Positions 54,832-63,709 of a stretch of 64,000 nt of DNA are shown here, one piece after another. Origin of the DNA: a virus; IMG/VR virus record IMGVR_UViG_3300025009_000089, positions 627 through 64,626 of that record; one strand, 5' to 3'. Positions within the stretch are counted from its first letter, which is position 1. Each line of letters begins with the position of its first letter. The translations under genes and the position numbers were made by a program. The notes under the pieces are model-generated. The model was given only the letters and a program-made list of their open reading frames with translations, made no database searches and was not told the origin of the DNA.

Positions 54832-55380
54832 TTAATATTCCTTCTCGTCGTCTTTATAAAGCGCATCTTCATTATCAGGTAACCGAGTGTCAAGAATCTT
54901 CGCCCAATGATTATTCCTCGCAGTAGCCAGTCTTCTTAATCGATCTTTTACTGTAGGATTCTCCAATGGATTAACATCTTCTTTACGGTTCTTAGTAAAC
55001 CATGAAAAGAACAAGATTCCCATTGTACTTACTGCAGTCAAATATATTCCAGTTACTGAAGTCAACATCTTAATCTTAGGCCATAAATCAAGATCAGAAG
55101 CAAGAACCAACTCTATACAATTCAGAAAAAACCTACCATTCGCACCCATGAACGCACTTAGATTCTTAGCTGAACAAGACCATTCAACATCATGACAAAG
55201 ACCAGCTGGATTGAGATAAACCTTGCCTATTTTATCAGGCACTATTGCATCTCCCCAACCTTGGCCAGCTCCACAGAATGTTGGCCATGCCTCGGGAGGC
55301 AAATCATGAGGCCATAGAGGTTCAAGAAAATCAGGAATAGTAAGATCAGCCCCCCAATAAGAAATCTTAACAAAATTCAT
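54832..55380 (-). CDS. Phospholipase A2-like / DUF1353-like protein with a C-terminal hydrophobic segment
   Basis: FCGAGQG...VPD...LCHD motif order; start at ATG 55380 behind GGAGG. Confidence 0.4.
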   Translation of the reverse strand: MNFVKISYWGADLTIPDFLEPLWPHDLPPEAWPTFCGAGQGWGDAIVPDKIGKVYLNPAGLCHDVEWSCSAKNLSAFMGANGRFFLNCIELVLASDLDLWPKIKMLTSVTGIYLTAVSTMGILFFSWFTKNRKEDVNPLENPTVKDRLRRLATARNNHWAKILDTRLPDNEDALYKDDEKEY

Positions 55381-55835
55381 TTCTTCCTCCAAACCCAAGG
55401 CTGGACTGGAGCAGGACCAGACCACAATCCTACTCGATTACCAGCAGAAATACCTTGAAGCTTTTCCCATGCCTGACAAAATGACTTCTTACAGTATTGC
55501 GGATAAACCCAAGCATATCCAGCAAGTAAAAGTTGTTCTTGCACACATTGTGTTCCGAGCATGACCACAGCTACCGACCGGTCGTATGTACGTCCCCCAG
55601 TTGGCAACACATCGACAACCTTACCCTTGATCATAACATCTACAAAATCCTTAGCCGCAAGGCCGAAGGCTTGAGACTTCTCTGGAGAATCAATGCCATA
55701 GAGCCTGATCGTTGTCAGTCCAATCTCATCAACGACTTTAATCGTATCACCATCAATGACTCTAACTACTGTGGCTGGCTTGGCTTGAGCAATTGAAGCA
55801 ACAAGTAAGAAGAATAAGATTATAATTTGATACAT
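55377..55835 (-). CDS. Thermonuclease (SNase family) with signal peptide
   Basis: VIDGDT, IRLYGIDSPE, YDR..A, LL.AGYAW, GLWS.P.P..PW.WR; N-terminal MYQIIILFFLLVASIAQA. Confidence 0.88.
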   Translation of the reverse strand: MYQIIILFFLLVASIAQAKPATVVRVIDGDTIKVVDEIGLTTIRLYGIDSPEKSQAFGLAAKDFVDVMIKGKVVDVLPTGGRTYDRSVAVVMLGTQCVQEQLLLAGYAWVYPQYCKKSFCQAWEKLQGISAGNRVGLWSGPAPVQPWVWRKK

Positions 55836-56008
55836 AATTTTACACCTGTTGGTTGGTAGCGAAACCGCTCGCAACTTACGCCGGCTCTGCCATGATCATC
55901 GAATGAGAAACATGGTCCTGGCTCATTACAATACCGATCCTTGACAAAATGCAAACCTTCATCATTTTTCTTGAACAACTGCAAACTGTCTTCCGAAATC
56001 ACCCGCAT
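55820..56008 (-). CDS. Hypothetical protein (62 aa)
   Basis: CAGGAG SD before ATG 56008; C-terminal part of track ORF 55820-56164. Confidence 0.45.
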   Translation of the reverse strand: MRVISEDSLQLFKKNDEGLHFVKDRYCNEPGPCFSFDDHGRAGVSCERFRYQPTGVKLCIKL

Positions 56009-56036
56009 AACTTTCTCCTGAAAGTTGAAGTAAGGT

Positions 56037-56120
56037 TCAATCACAGTCTTCGTTTGGATAATTACATATTGGACATCTTGGGCCGGTGTAGTTATGGCCA
56101 CAACGCGTACAAGTGTGCAT
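56037..56120 (-). CDS. 27-aa Zn-ribbon microprotein
   Basis: Hand translation MHTCTRCGHNYTGPRCPICYYPNEDCD; exactly fills the gap between two ORFs. Confidence 0.4.
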   Translation of the reverse strand: MHTCTRCGHNYTGPRCPICNYPNEDCD

Positions 56121-56124
56121 CTCG

Positions 56125-56907
56125 TCACCAATAAATCGTTACTTTTTGGCTGTTGTCCTTCCAAGGACCTTGCAAATAGACCCCTCCATGGCTCGTCCCG
56201 GTGTCACTGTCGCCGTCACCATTCGGCCCAATCCCGGGCTTGAATACCGTGCCGTACATAGGCGCTTTGGAGTTTCTGCTGCAAGAAGGCTGGTCTCTGC
56301 AATTCTTTGATGTGTTACTGACCACGAACTCTTTGCCGGAGGAGAACACCAGCTTTATGGGCCCGGGCCCAAACTCCGGACCTTTCTTGTTGATGCGCCA
56401 GGCCCATCGGCCGTTCCTCGACCCATAGCTATCATACTCTGCTTTGTGTGTATATGATCCTGCCGGAGTCCCAGGTTCAGTCGGTGTAGAAGCCGTTCCG
56501 CTCTTGGCAGTGTAGGTCACGCCGTCAGCCATCTTGATCACGAACACCAACGGCCGAGCATACTGGTCGCCGGACTTGGTCAGCAGGAAGACCGGTGCGC
56601 CTTTGTACGGAGTCCCGAGCCGAGCGACTTCGCCGTTGACACTGACGTAGGTAATCGAGCCAGCCTGCAGGGTCCTGAACAGGATGCCTGCGGAGCCATT
56701 GCCTTGGTCGGTCGAGCGCTCGAAGGTGATTGGATGTGGGAATGTCTTGTTGCCGGACGGAGGTGTGACAGGCGGTGTGACAGGCACTCCTCCCGGGAAA
56801 TACTGAGCACAGAGAGCGTTGCATTCGTTAAGGGACTGCGGAACAGTTACTGCCCCTGCCGGCACCGCCCAGAGCAGGGCTAGGACCAGGATAAGGCGGA
56901 ACATCAA
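56125..56907 (-). CDS. Signal-peptide-bearing hypothetical protein
   Basis: MFRLILVLALLWAVPAGA, Pro/Thr linkers, two beta-rich domains. Confidence 0.7.
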   Translation of the reverse strand: MMFRLILVLALLWAVPAGAVTVPQSLNECNALCAQYFPGGVPVTPPVTPPSGNKTFPHPITFERSTDQGNGSAGILFRTLQAGSITYVSVNGEVARLGTPYKGAPVFLLTKSGDQYARPLVFVIKMADGVTYTAKSGTASTPTEPGTPAGSYTHKAEYDSYGSRNGRWAWRINKKGPEFGPGPIKLVFSSGKEFVVSNTSKNCRDQPSCSRNSKAPMYGTVFKPGIGPNGDGDSDTGTSHGGVYLQGPWKDNSQKVTIYW

Positions 56908-57278
56908 TCTACCTCCTCGATCTGGCCTTCAGGTTCAACCGGTTCATCAGGGAAGGTGGGAGCCGCAGGTACGGGCTCGATCGGTTTGACCTCTTCTTTG
57001 ATCTGGGTCGTGGTCGTCGAGGTCGTGGTCTTCTTGGACATATCCGGTACAAGTTTGCCAACTGCATCCCTGATCCCACCAAGAGAGGCGAGTCCACCGT
57101 CTGCTGCTGCCGACCCACTGGCGTCCTGAGTAGGAGTCGTAGCCGTCGTCAAGCCTTGTGCATCGGTCTTCATCGTCCCGCTGCCGGTCTGACTGAACGT
57201 AACCTCAGTCGGACTGTAATTCACTGAGCAACTTGCCAATAAGCCAACAGCCATTAATGCTCCCAAAAGTCTCTTCAT
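56904..57278 (-). CDS. Putative lipoprotein
   Basis: MKRLLGALMAVGLLASC lipobox; Thr/Pro/Glu-rich tail; start at ATG 57278. Confidence 0.65.
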   Translation of the reverse strand: MKRLLGALMAVGLLASCSVNYSPTEVTFSQTGSGTMKTDAQGLTTATTPTQDASGSAAADGGLASLGGIRDAVGKLVPDMSKKTTTSTTTTQIKEEVKPIEPVPAAPTFPDEPVEPEGQIEEVD

Positions 57279-57331
57279 TTCTTCCCCCAAAAAGTTAAAT
57301 TTTAATTTCAGAAACGCCCGCTCGTCGCCGG

Positions 57332-59602
57332 TCATTGGGATATCGTCACACTTCCAGTCCCGCCAAGCCCCGCGCCTTGCGCGCCGCTGAGGGATGCCGC
57401 GCCTGCTGGCGGATCGGGCGGAACTTCTCCCTCAAGCACAGCCGCAAGAGAATTGCGGACCCCGTAAAATGTCGCCTCGTCGGTCGTCAGGTTCCAGTAT
57501 GCATCATCAACATCTGCGTCGGTGAATGCGCCGTCTATGATTGCCATCATCGCCGCTTTCCCATCTGCAACAGAAACCATGTGTGCATATTCCCAATCCT
57601 CGATAGCATCCCTGATGTGTTTCATCCTGATGCTCTCAATTGGGATATCGTTCGTCCCGCCAATGATGGGAGTGTCTGCCGCCAGAGTTGTCCTCCCTGT
57701 CGCGCTTGCCACACCAGGATATATTAGATGCCCATCCCCGTTCGAGCCAAAAACGAAAATATCGTCGTAGGGATTTCCCGCTGCTGCCACATTTCCAGGG
57801 CCATAGATATTATCATAGGTCGTTTGCCAGTAGATCGTCCCAGTCAATTCATACTTCGCCCAGATGAATCCGGGAAATCTATTGAACAGCGGATTTGCAT
57901 CGGCTGACCAGTCTATTTGACCGCCGGACCACTCTGGACCAGTGAGCCAGCAACCATTATTATCACAGGCCAGATACCCCCACATCTCGTCATTCGGATA
58001 TCCTGGATAGGTGTCGCGTGATACCTTCGTACCGCCGACAGTACAGGTTTTATCCCATCCAGGGCAAACAAAGGTGTATGAGTTTGCACTATAAAAACCA
58101 TGATTTGCGAAGTCCTCAAGCCCTATTCGCATTTTTGAGTTAGTATATACCTGCTTAAAGGTTCCTGCTCCCCCAGTGTTGACGGCGTTAACATCCTCCG
58201 CTTGGTCTATAACAGCATCACACTTATTCCAAGTCGATCCTCGCCAAGTGGTCGTCTGGTCGCACCTTGGTTCGTCAAGTGTGCCGAAAACCAAAGTGTT
58301 CCAGGGGTCCCATCCTTCTGCCTCAAATTTGTCGTAGACAATCTGAACGTACTGCCGCGCTGCTGTCTCTTTATCAGCAGCATCAATATCCGTTCTGGTT
58401 GCAGAGTCGGCAGGCCACTCGGAAGGCACGCGGCGGAATGCTTGTTTTGCCCCTGCGTATGGCCCTGAGGTAATGGCGGTGCCGTCAAACACGCCTTCAA
58501 CAATCGTCTGCCAGGGGTCCCAGTTGACCACAGTCAACACTTTATTGACAGCATCCCACGGCATGTATGACGCCCCGACCATTGATTTGCCGCCGCTGGG
58601 TATCGCTCCCATCTTGTGATACAGAAAAGCCGTCATGTAAGTTTGAGCGAGAGCCACGGCCTCTGCGGTTCCGTTAAATGCCGGGTCCTGGTCCATGCCG
58701 TGGCCGTATGTGGCATAGGATTGCTCAAAAACGAACGAAGAGTGAAAGGATGACGTGGAGGGTAAAACAAAATCCCACACTTCGACCGTCACCGGCAGGA
58801 CAATGTTCGATTTGCCATCTGCCAATATTGTCGCTGTGCCGGTATAGGCTCCTGCCGGTGTCGTTGTCGTTGTCCCGAGATCAACCCACACCCCCTGGAC
58901 TTTGCCGGACGTCACGGAGAAGGGGAAGGTGTTTCGTGTTTCTCCGAAGTATCTATCGACTTTTGGCAGCAGTGCATCTGGGTACATCCCGGTTGGATAG
59001 TCTACCCTTGACTTGCGGTTCGGTGCGTCGATCTCTGAATAGTAGGTTGCAGGGTTTGATGGGGCATAAACCGACAGATATGTCCCGTCGTATTTCCACT
59101 TGTAAGCAGCATCCAGCACGGTCTCGTTATTGCCATCATGCCAATTCGACTGCCCAGTGCCCCCGTAATAAAACCCCACCTCTTGATCGTGGTATGCGCT
59201 TGGAGTGCCGCTCCATACATGCTCAATAGCTCCGATGTTCTTCCGCCAGACCCCGCTCCCCATGTCCGTCCAGTCGCCAACCACTCCTTTTACGTCTACT
59301 GATTTTGTCCAGTGATAGTGCTGCTTGTACAGGTAGATATCATCAATCGTATCGCTGCCCTTGGTGAGATTTGACACGACGACATCGACATTTGTCAGGG
59401 ATTCGCCATCAGCGTAAATTATCACCTGGAATGATTCTATTTCATTCTTTGCCAGCCTGATCGTCAGCGATTGCGCCCCACTCGTCCCATCCTCGCCGTC
59501 CTGCCGATATTTGGTCAGGGAGTTGTCGAGCCAAGCATTCATTGCAGCAAATGACTGGCACGGTGTCAGGATGAGAAATAGTAAAAACAAAACCCTCATC
59601 AT
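57332..59602 (-). CDS. Glycoside hydrolase family 123-like / DUF4091 protein with signal peptide
   Basis: AKNE.ESFQV, YPDALLP, G.Y.G...I, VEVWDF.LP, TLDEP, NGDG.LIYPG, SIR...IRD.IEDWEY. Confidence 0.65.
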   Translation of the reverse strand: MMRVLFLLFLILTPCQSFAAMNAWLDNSLTKYRQDGEDGTSGAQSLTIRLAKNEIESFQVIIYADGESLTNVDVVVSNLTKGSDTIDDIYLYKQHYHWTKSVDVKGVVGDWTDMGSGVWRKNIGAIEHVWSGTPSAYHDQEVGFYYGGTGQSNWHDGNNETVLDAAYKWKYDGTYLSVYAPSNPATYYSEIDAPNRKSRVDYPTGMYPDALLPKVDRYFGETRNTFPFSVTSGKVQGVWVDLGTTTTTPAGAYTGTATILADGKSNIVLPVTVEVWDFVLPSTSSFHSSFVFEQSYATYGHGMDQDPAFNGTAEAVALAQTYMTAFLYHKMGAIPSGGKSMVGASYMPWDAVNKVLTVVNWDPWQTIVEGVFDGTAITSGPYAGAKQAFRRVPSEWPADSATRTDIDAADKETAARQYVQIVYDKFEAEGWDPWNTLVFGTLDEPRCDQTTTWRGSTWNKCDAVIDQAEDVNAVNTGGAGTFKQVYTNSKMRIGLEDFANHGFYSANSYTFVCPGWDKTCTVGGTKVSRDTYPGYPNDEMWGYLACDNNGCWLTGPEWSGGQIDWSADANPLFNRFPGFIWAKYELTGTIYWQTTYDNIYGPGNVAAAGNPYDDIFVFGSNGDGHLIYPGVASATGRTTLAADTPIIGGTNDIPIESIRMKHIRDAIEDWEYAHMVSVADGKAAMMAIIDGAFTDADVDDAYWNLTTDEATFYGVRNSLAAVLEGEVPPDPPAGAASLSGAQGAGLGGTGSVTISQ

Positions 59603-60612
59603 AATGCGACCCCCAGCAGATCGTCAGCGCGAGCGTCATAATCTGTGTTATCTCGGTCGAAGATAAGGCCTATGTAGTCTCCCGCAGAATAGGTTGAGTC
59701 TGTTACAGATATTCTCTCAACCCCGCCGACATAGACTTTTATCGTGGTCCCTGACACGCTCAATTTGATCGTATACGTACCAGAGGCGTATGATCCTATA
59801 TATGTGTCAATCGGGGTTACGGTGGTTCCAGAAAAAGACGACAAGAGGACTTTTCCTGTCTCTCCGAAATACGCTATGTATCCGGTCTTTGGCGTGCCGG
59901 TTGAGACTCTCGCCAGAACTCCAGCGCTGTCTGTTGCGCCGTTATATGTGACTGACGCGCTTACCTCTTGGTTCGCAGTCCCCAGTGTTGACTCATGATA
60001 TACTAGATTCTTTGCCCACGTTCCAGACCCTCCAGCATTTCCACCAGATACCGATATGCCTCCACCGATTGCGGTGTAGTTCGCTGAGGTATCAGAGGAA
60101 AAGTCATCAGATACCCCGACAGATGCAGGGTCGAGGCTGTCGGTCAATGCGAATGTAAGCCACTTACCCGCGGTATCACTGTATATAGCCCCAGTAGTCC
60201 CATTGCGGGCAATGCCGCTTACGTGGGGCGAATCCTCATAGGTTGGAAAAGTATCGAAAGCGAATGATGCGCCGCCCGCAGCGATCAAATCGACCACCCG
60301 ATCAGCACTCAGCAATTTGTCTACGTCCCCATTCCCGGCAGTGTCGTCAATCAGCCCAGCAACCGAGGAGGTCCACTCATATGTGCCTGCGCCGGTCGCT
60401 TGAATGATTTGGTTGGTTGCTGTGGGGAGAGATGTGAGGCCTACAAATGCAGAGAAGGGCGCATTCTTTACCTTCCACGCGTCTGCCGAATCGCTAATTA
60501 GAACCTTGTCGGCACCTACAGGGGTAGCCTTGGTCGGATAACTTGATGCTGCTGCACCAAAGACAGTTGATGGAAGCATTAAAACTGCCATAATAATAAA
60601 TAATTTTTTCAT
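59599..60612 (-). CDS. Signal-peptide-bearing protein with fibre-like motif and C-terminal ConA-like beta-sandwich
   Basis: MKKLFIIMAVLMLPSTVFG; KATPVGADKVLISDS; GVLAR...GY...TIKL.V.G..IKVYV.G..RI.VTDS.Y..G.IGL. Confidence 0.55.
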   Translation of the reverse strand: MKKLFIIMAVLMLPSTVFGAAASSYPTKATPVGADKVLISDSADAWKVKNAPFSAFVGLTSLPTATNQIIQATGAGTYEWTSSVAGLIDDTAGNGDVDKLLSADRVVDLIAAGGASFAFDTFPTYEDSPHVSGIARNGTTGAIYSDTAGKWLTFALTDSLDPASVGVSDDFSSDTSANYTAIGGGISVSGGNAGGSGTWAKNLVYHESTLGTANQEVSASVTYNGATDSAGVLARVSTGTPKTGYIAYFGETGKVLLSSFSGTTVTPIDTYIGSYASGTYTIKLSVSGTTIKVYVGGVERISVTDSTYSAGDYIGLIFDRDNTDYDARADDLLGVAL

Positions 60613-60908
60613 CTCTCCCGTACCCTCATAGTTATATCATGCTCCCATTTATGCCCTGCTGATGTAACACATCGAAAAGTCAACTTGTAAGGACTCATAG
60701 ATGCAGAACCAGCTCGAACCTTTAAAGACACTGCGTTTGATGTTTGCACCACTGTCGTTTGATCAGTAATCGTACTGGAGACATCTGTTCCTGCTTTATC
60801 AACCGCAGTTACTGTTGAAGAAACAATCGATTCACCACTTGCAAGATTGAGAGCAAACGAAACCTGGACTGTAAACTCTTCATAGGACTGTTTTATCACT
60901 TCATTCAT
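60609..60908 (-). CDS. Small Ig-like fibre adaptor-type protein
   Basis: KQ.YEE......L..GE.I.SS...G....YKLT...VTS.G...E pattern. Confidence 0.5.
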   Translation of the reverse strand: MNEVIKQSYEEFTVQVSFALNLASGESIVSSTVTAVDKAGTDVSSTITDQTTVVQTSNAVSLKVRAGSASMSPYKLTFRCVTSAGHKWEHDITMRVRER

Positions 60909-60909
60909 A

Positions 60910-63288
60910 TCATTCCGCCTCTAAGTGTGCGAATGAGGTTCTTGGTGCGATGGCTAGTATCTTAGTATCTGTTCGTTCCCTGAAGAACTCGATCTGCCGC
61001 TGCTGCATTACATATTTTTTGATTACACCAGCGGTAGTCGTATAAACAATGCCAGCACACCCTGCCTGATCATCCCCAACTTCACCAGTATCCAACTGCC
61101 CCATAACTATATGAAGAGCAGTAATGTGAACAATATCCTCACCAACCTCTTGGGGTGTGAATGTACCGATGACCGTAACGCTACCTGATAATGCTGCCGT
61201 ATCTGGTGATTCCTGTGCTTCGACCACTCCGAATACAGTCACAGTCCCGACGAACGCTACAGAATCATTTCCTATTTCAGAGACGATTAATGATCCAGTT
61301 ACCGGAGCATAACCTACGGTTCCTGAGAAGACGACCGAATCCCCCCCGCTCTCATTGACATCAAGTGATCCGACGACGAGCACAGTCCCTGAGAACGCGG
61401 GAATGTCTACGCCCTGCTCGATTGCTGCTGTAGTGCCTGAAATGTAAACATCACCTGTGAATGAGCCGGTGTCTGATTGATCAGTGCTTGCGAGACTGCC
61501 GGTTACGTAGACAATGCCCTCGCCATCCGCAGTGTCACTACCAGTCTCCTGAACTACAAGCGAGCCTGAGATTGCAGACCCCCACGACACAACACCTTGC
61601 CATGTTGCAACATCAGAACCTGTCTCGGTGGCTGCCAGAGTGCCAATAATGAATGTGTTACCTGATGCAGCAAGAGTATCACTTCCTGATTCCGCTGCAG
61701 TGAGAGTTCCGTTAATTAGAACATCTCCAGTTAATGCGAAGGTGTCTGTACCTGCCTCGGTTACACCGACGGTTCCAGCTACCAGAATATCCCCTGATAT
61801 TGCACCAGTGTCTGTACCTGTTTCCTGAGTAGCTAAGGCTCCTGAGATTATTACATCCCACGATACCACGCCTTGAATGATTGAAGTGTCCTGCCCTGAT
61901 TCAGTTACTTCAAGCACTCCAGTGACAAAAGCATCACCAGCAACTGATGCTGTATCCACTCCAACTTCAGAAGCAGTGAGAATGCCTGAGATTATGACAT
62001 TACCAGTCAATGCCGCTGTGTCTGCACCAATTTCCTGTCCTGCGAGCGTGCCGAATGTCGTAATGCCACCAGTCGCTGTGAGAGTATCAGTCCCAGTTTC
62101 CTGCGCCGATATTTCCACTGCAATCGGAATATTACCAGCTATCGCGGATATGTCTGTACCAGTCTCTACGCCTGATAGTATCCCGTTAACAAGAACATCT
62201 CCACTAACTGCCAGCGTGTCCTCGCCACTCTCCTGCGTTGCTACGGTGCCGGTGACAACAACATTGCCAGTCAGTGCTGCCGTGTCGTTGCCGATTTCCG
62301 TGCTTGCCAACGCCCCGGAGATAATTACATCACCAGCAAGTGAAGTGGTATCGTCTCCTGAATCTGTTGTGGCAATAGTGCCAGAGATAAGAACATTCCC
62401 AGTAAGGGCTACTGAATCTTCCCCAGTCTCTACCCCGGCGAGTGTCCCGCTGACTCCAGCATCACTTACTGATCCGCTCAAAGCCATTGCGTCATCTCCG
62501 ACCTCGGAGACAGAAAGAGGACCAATATTAAGAACCCATCCATCATAAATGGGTAAGCCATTCTCGTCGGTGACTATCGCGCCGGTTTCGTCACGAAGGA
62601 TACCATCAGTGAAAAAGGCGAAAAATGAGTCACTACCTATCTCACTGACTGCAAGCGTTCCCTCAACGCCTGCCTCGCCGCCTGACACCGTTCCCGAAAG
62701 ACTGGCAGTGTCAGCACTTGGCCCTTCGGAGACATCAATCATCCCCATGATGCAAGCTTCGCAGGCTATGGTCGCAGTATCTTCCCCAGTCTCTTGTACT
62801 GCGAACGTCCCTGTGATTGGACTCACATAATAGACTGTCAGATAAACATGATCGACAGCACGGGAATAGTTGGTTGTGTTTGATGGTTTGAGCAGAACAC
62901 CGAATGTCGAAGCATTGACATCGCCCGGGGAAAGCGTGTTGCCAAGAAGGTTCGCTTCTCCACCGACCGTGAACGTCTGGTCAGTGTTAGCAATAGTTGC
63001 AGAGAAAGCCGAGGCCGTCCCGGTCCCTGCCGATCCATCCTTGGTGAGCTGAACCGTCAGTTCCCGCCGTGCCGCTGAGTTGCCAGCTGCCTGGTACTCG
63101 GTGACAATCTCAATGCCAATGATTGTCGCTTCAGTAGGAATGGAGAACCCGAACCCAGTCGCCGCCATGATAGCGGATGTAGCCGTAGCTGTGGCTCGTT
63201 GATCATCAGAACCATAGACATATGACGGGTTGCTCCAGCCAGCAACAATACTGGCTGAAGCTGTAGGATTACGGGTTGAGGACGACAT
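60910..63288 (-). CDS. Repeat-rich fibre-like virion protein (792 aa)
   Basis: About 155-aa N-terminal globular domain, then many tandem G.L...E.G.DT...G.V units. Confidence 0.7.
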   Translation of the reverse strand: MSSSTRNPTASASIVAGWSNPSYVYGSDDQRATATATSAIMAATGFGFSIPTEATIIGIEIVTEYQAAGNSAARRELTVQLTKDGSAGTGTASAFSATIANTDQTFTVGGEANLLGNTLSPGDVNASTFGVLLKPSNTTNYSRAVDHVYLTVYYVSPITGTFAVQETGEDTATIACEACIMGMIDVSEGPSADTASLSGTVSGGEAGVEGTLAVSEIGSDSFFAFFTDGILRDETGAIVTDENGLPIYDGWVLNIGPLSVSEVGDDAMALSGSVSDAGVSGTLAGVETGEDSVALTGNVLISGTIATTDSGDDTTSLAGDVIISGALASTEIGNDTAALTGNVVVTGTVATQESGEDTLAVSGDVLVNGILSGVETGTDISAIAGNIPIAVEISAQETGTDTLTATGGITTFGTLAGQEIGADTAALTGNVIISGILTASEVGVDTASVAGDAFVTGVLEVTESGQDTSIIQGVVSWDVIISGALATQETGTDTGAISGDILVAGTVGVTEAGTDTFALTGDVLINGTLTAAESGSDTLAASGNTFIIGTLAATETGSDVATWQGVVSWGSAISGSLVVQETGSDTADGEGIVYVTGSLASTDQSDTGSFTGDVYISGTTAAIEQGVDIPAFSGTVLVVGSLDVNESGGDSVVFSGTVGYAPVTGSLIVSEIGNDSVAFVGTVTVFGVVEAQESPDTAALSGSVTVIGTFTPQEVGEDIVHITALHIVMGQLDTGEVGDDQAGCAGIVYTTTAGVIKKYVMQQRQIEFFRERTDTKILAIAPRTSFAHLEAE

Positions 63289-63663
63289 TTACGCGTGAGT
63301 AATAGTAGCAGCGGTAATGGTAACGGTCTGACCCGCCGTAATACTAACAGAGTCTAGAATGATATCAGAAGCCGATAAGCCGACCGTCAGGCCAGTGATG
63401 ATATCCGTGTTGTTGCTATCCCTGATCCTCGCCGCTGCCGCCGTGCCAGTGTTATCCGCTGACGTATCGGAGTGGGGCATGGTGAAGGTGAGAACTGCAC
63501 CTGTTGCCGAGCCACAAGGATCAGTCAAGGGGATGGTGGCCAGGACAGAGGCCATGCCGGTCGTGCCGATCTCAATATAACCAGCCGCAGAACCTGCGTC
63601 AATGGCAGTAGCTACTGCGGTCATACGTGCCTGTTTTACTGTTGTAGTATATGTAACTGCCAT
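63289..63663 (-). CDS. Small virion structural protein
   Basis: Y....K.ARM.AV...ID.G...G.I.I...LATI.L..P.G...G..LT...D..A..TGTA..ARI; resembles ORF 49660. Confidence 0.6.
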   Translation of the reverse strand: MAVTYTTTVKQARMTAVATAIDAGSAAGYIEIGTTGMASVLATIPLTDPCGSATGAVLTFTMPHSDTSADNTGTAAAARIRDSNNTDIITGLTVGLSASDIILDSVSITAGQTVTITAATITHA

Positions 63664-63709
63664 AATTCATACTCCAAATAAAATTTTTAAAATTATAATG
63701 TCATAATAC

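Noticed and set aside
56904-57278. o-spanin (Rz1-like)
   Set aside because: The lipobox is real, but no adjacent or overlapping i-spanin with an N-terminal TM and periplasmic coiled coil is evident, and the gene lies in the GC-rich block rather than beside SleB. Left as an unassigned lipoprotein.
56125-63663. Diversity-generating retroelement acting on fibre genes
   Set aside because: No reverse transcriptase and no template/variable repeat pair differing at adenines was found by eye.
36842-63681. Numerous plus-strand ORFs overlapping the minus-strand structural genes (e.g. 37937, 40782, 58678, 61877)
   Set aside because: These are antisense shadows of long coding frames with no RBS or recognisable motifs; 61877-62548 mirrors the repeat protein.
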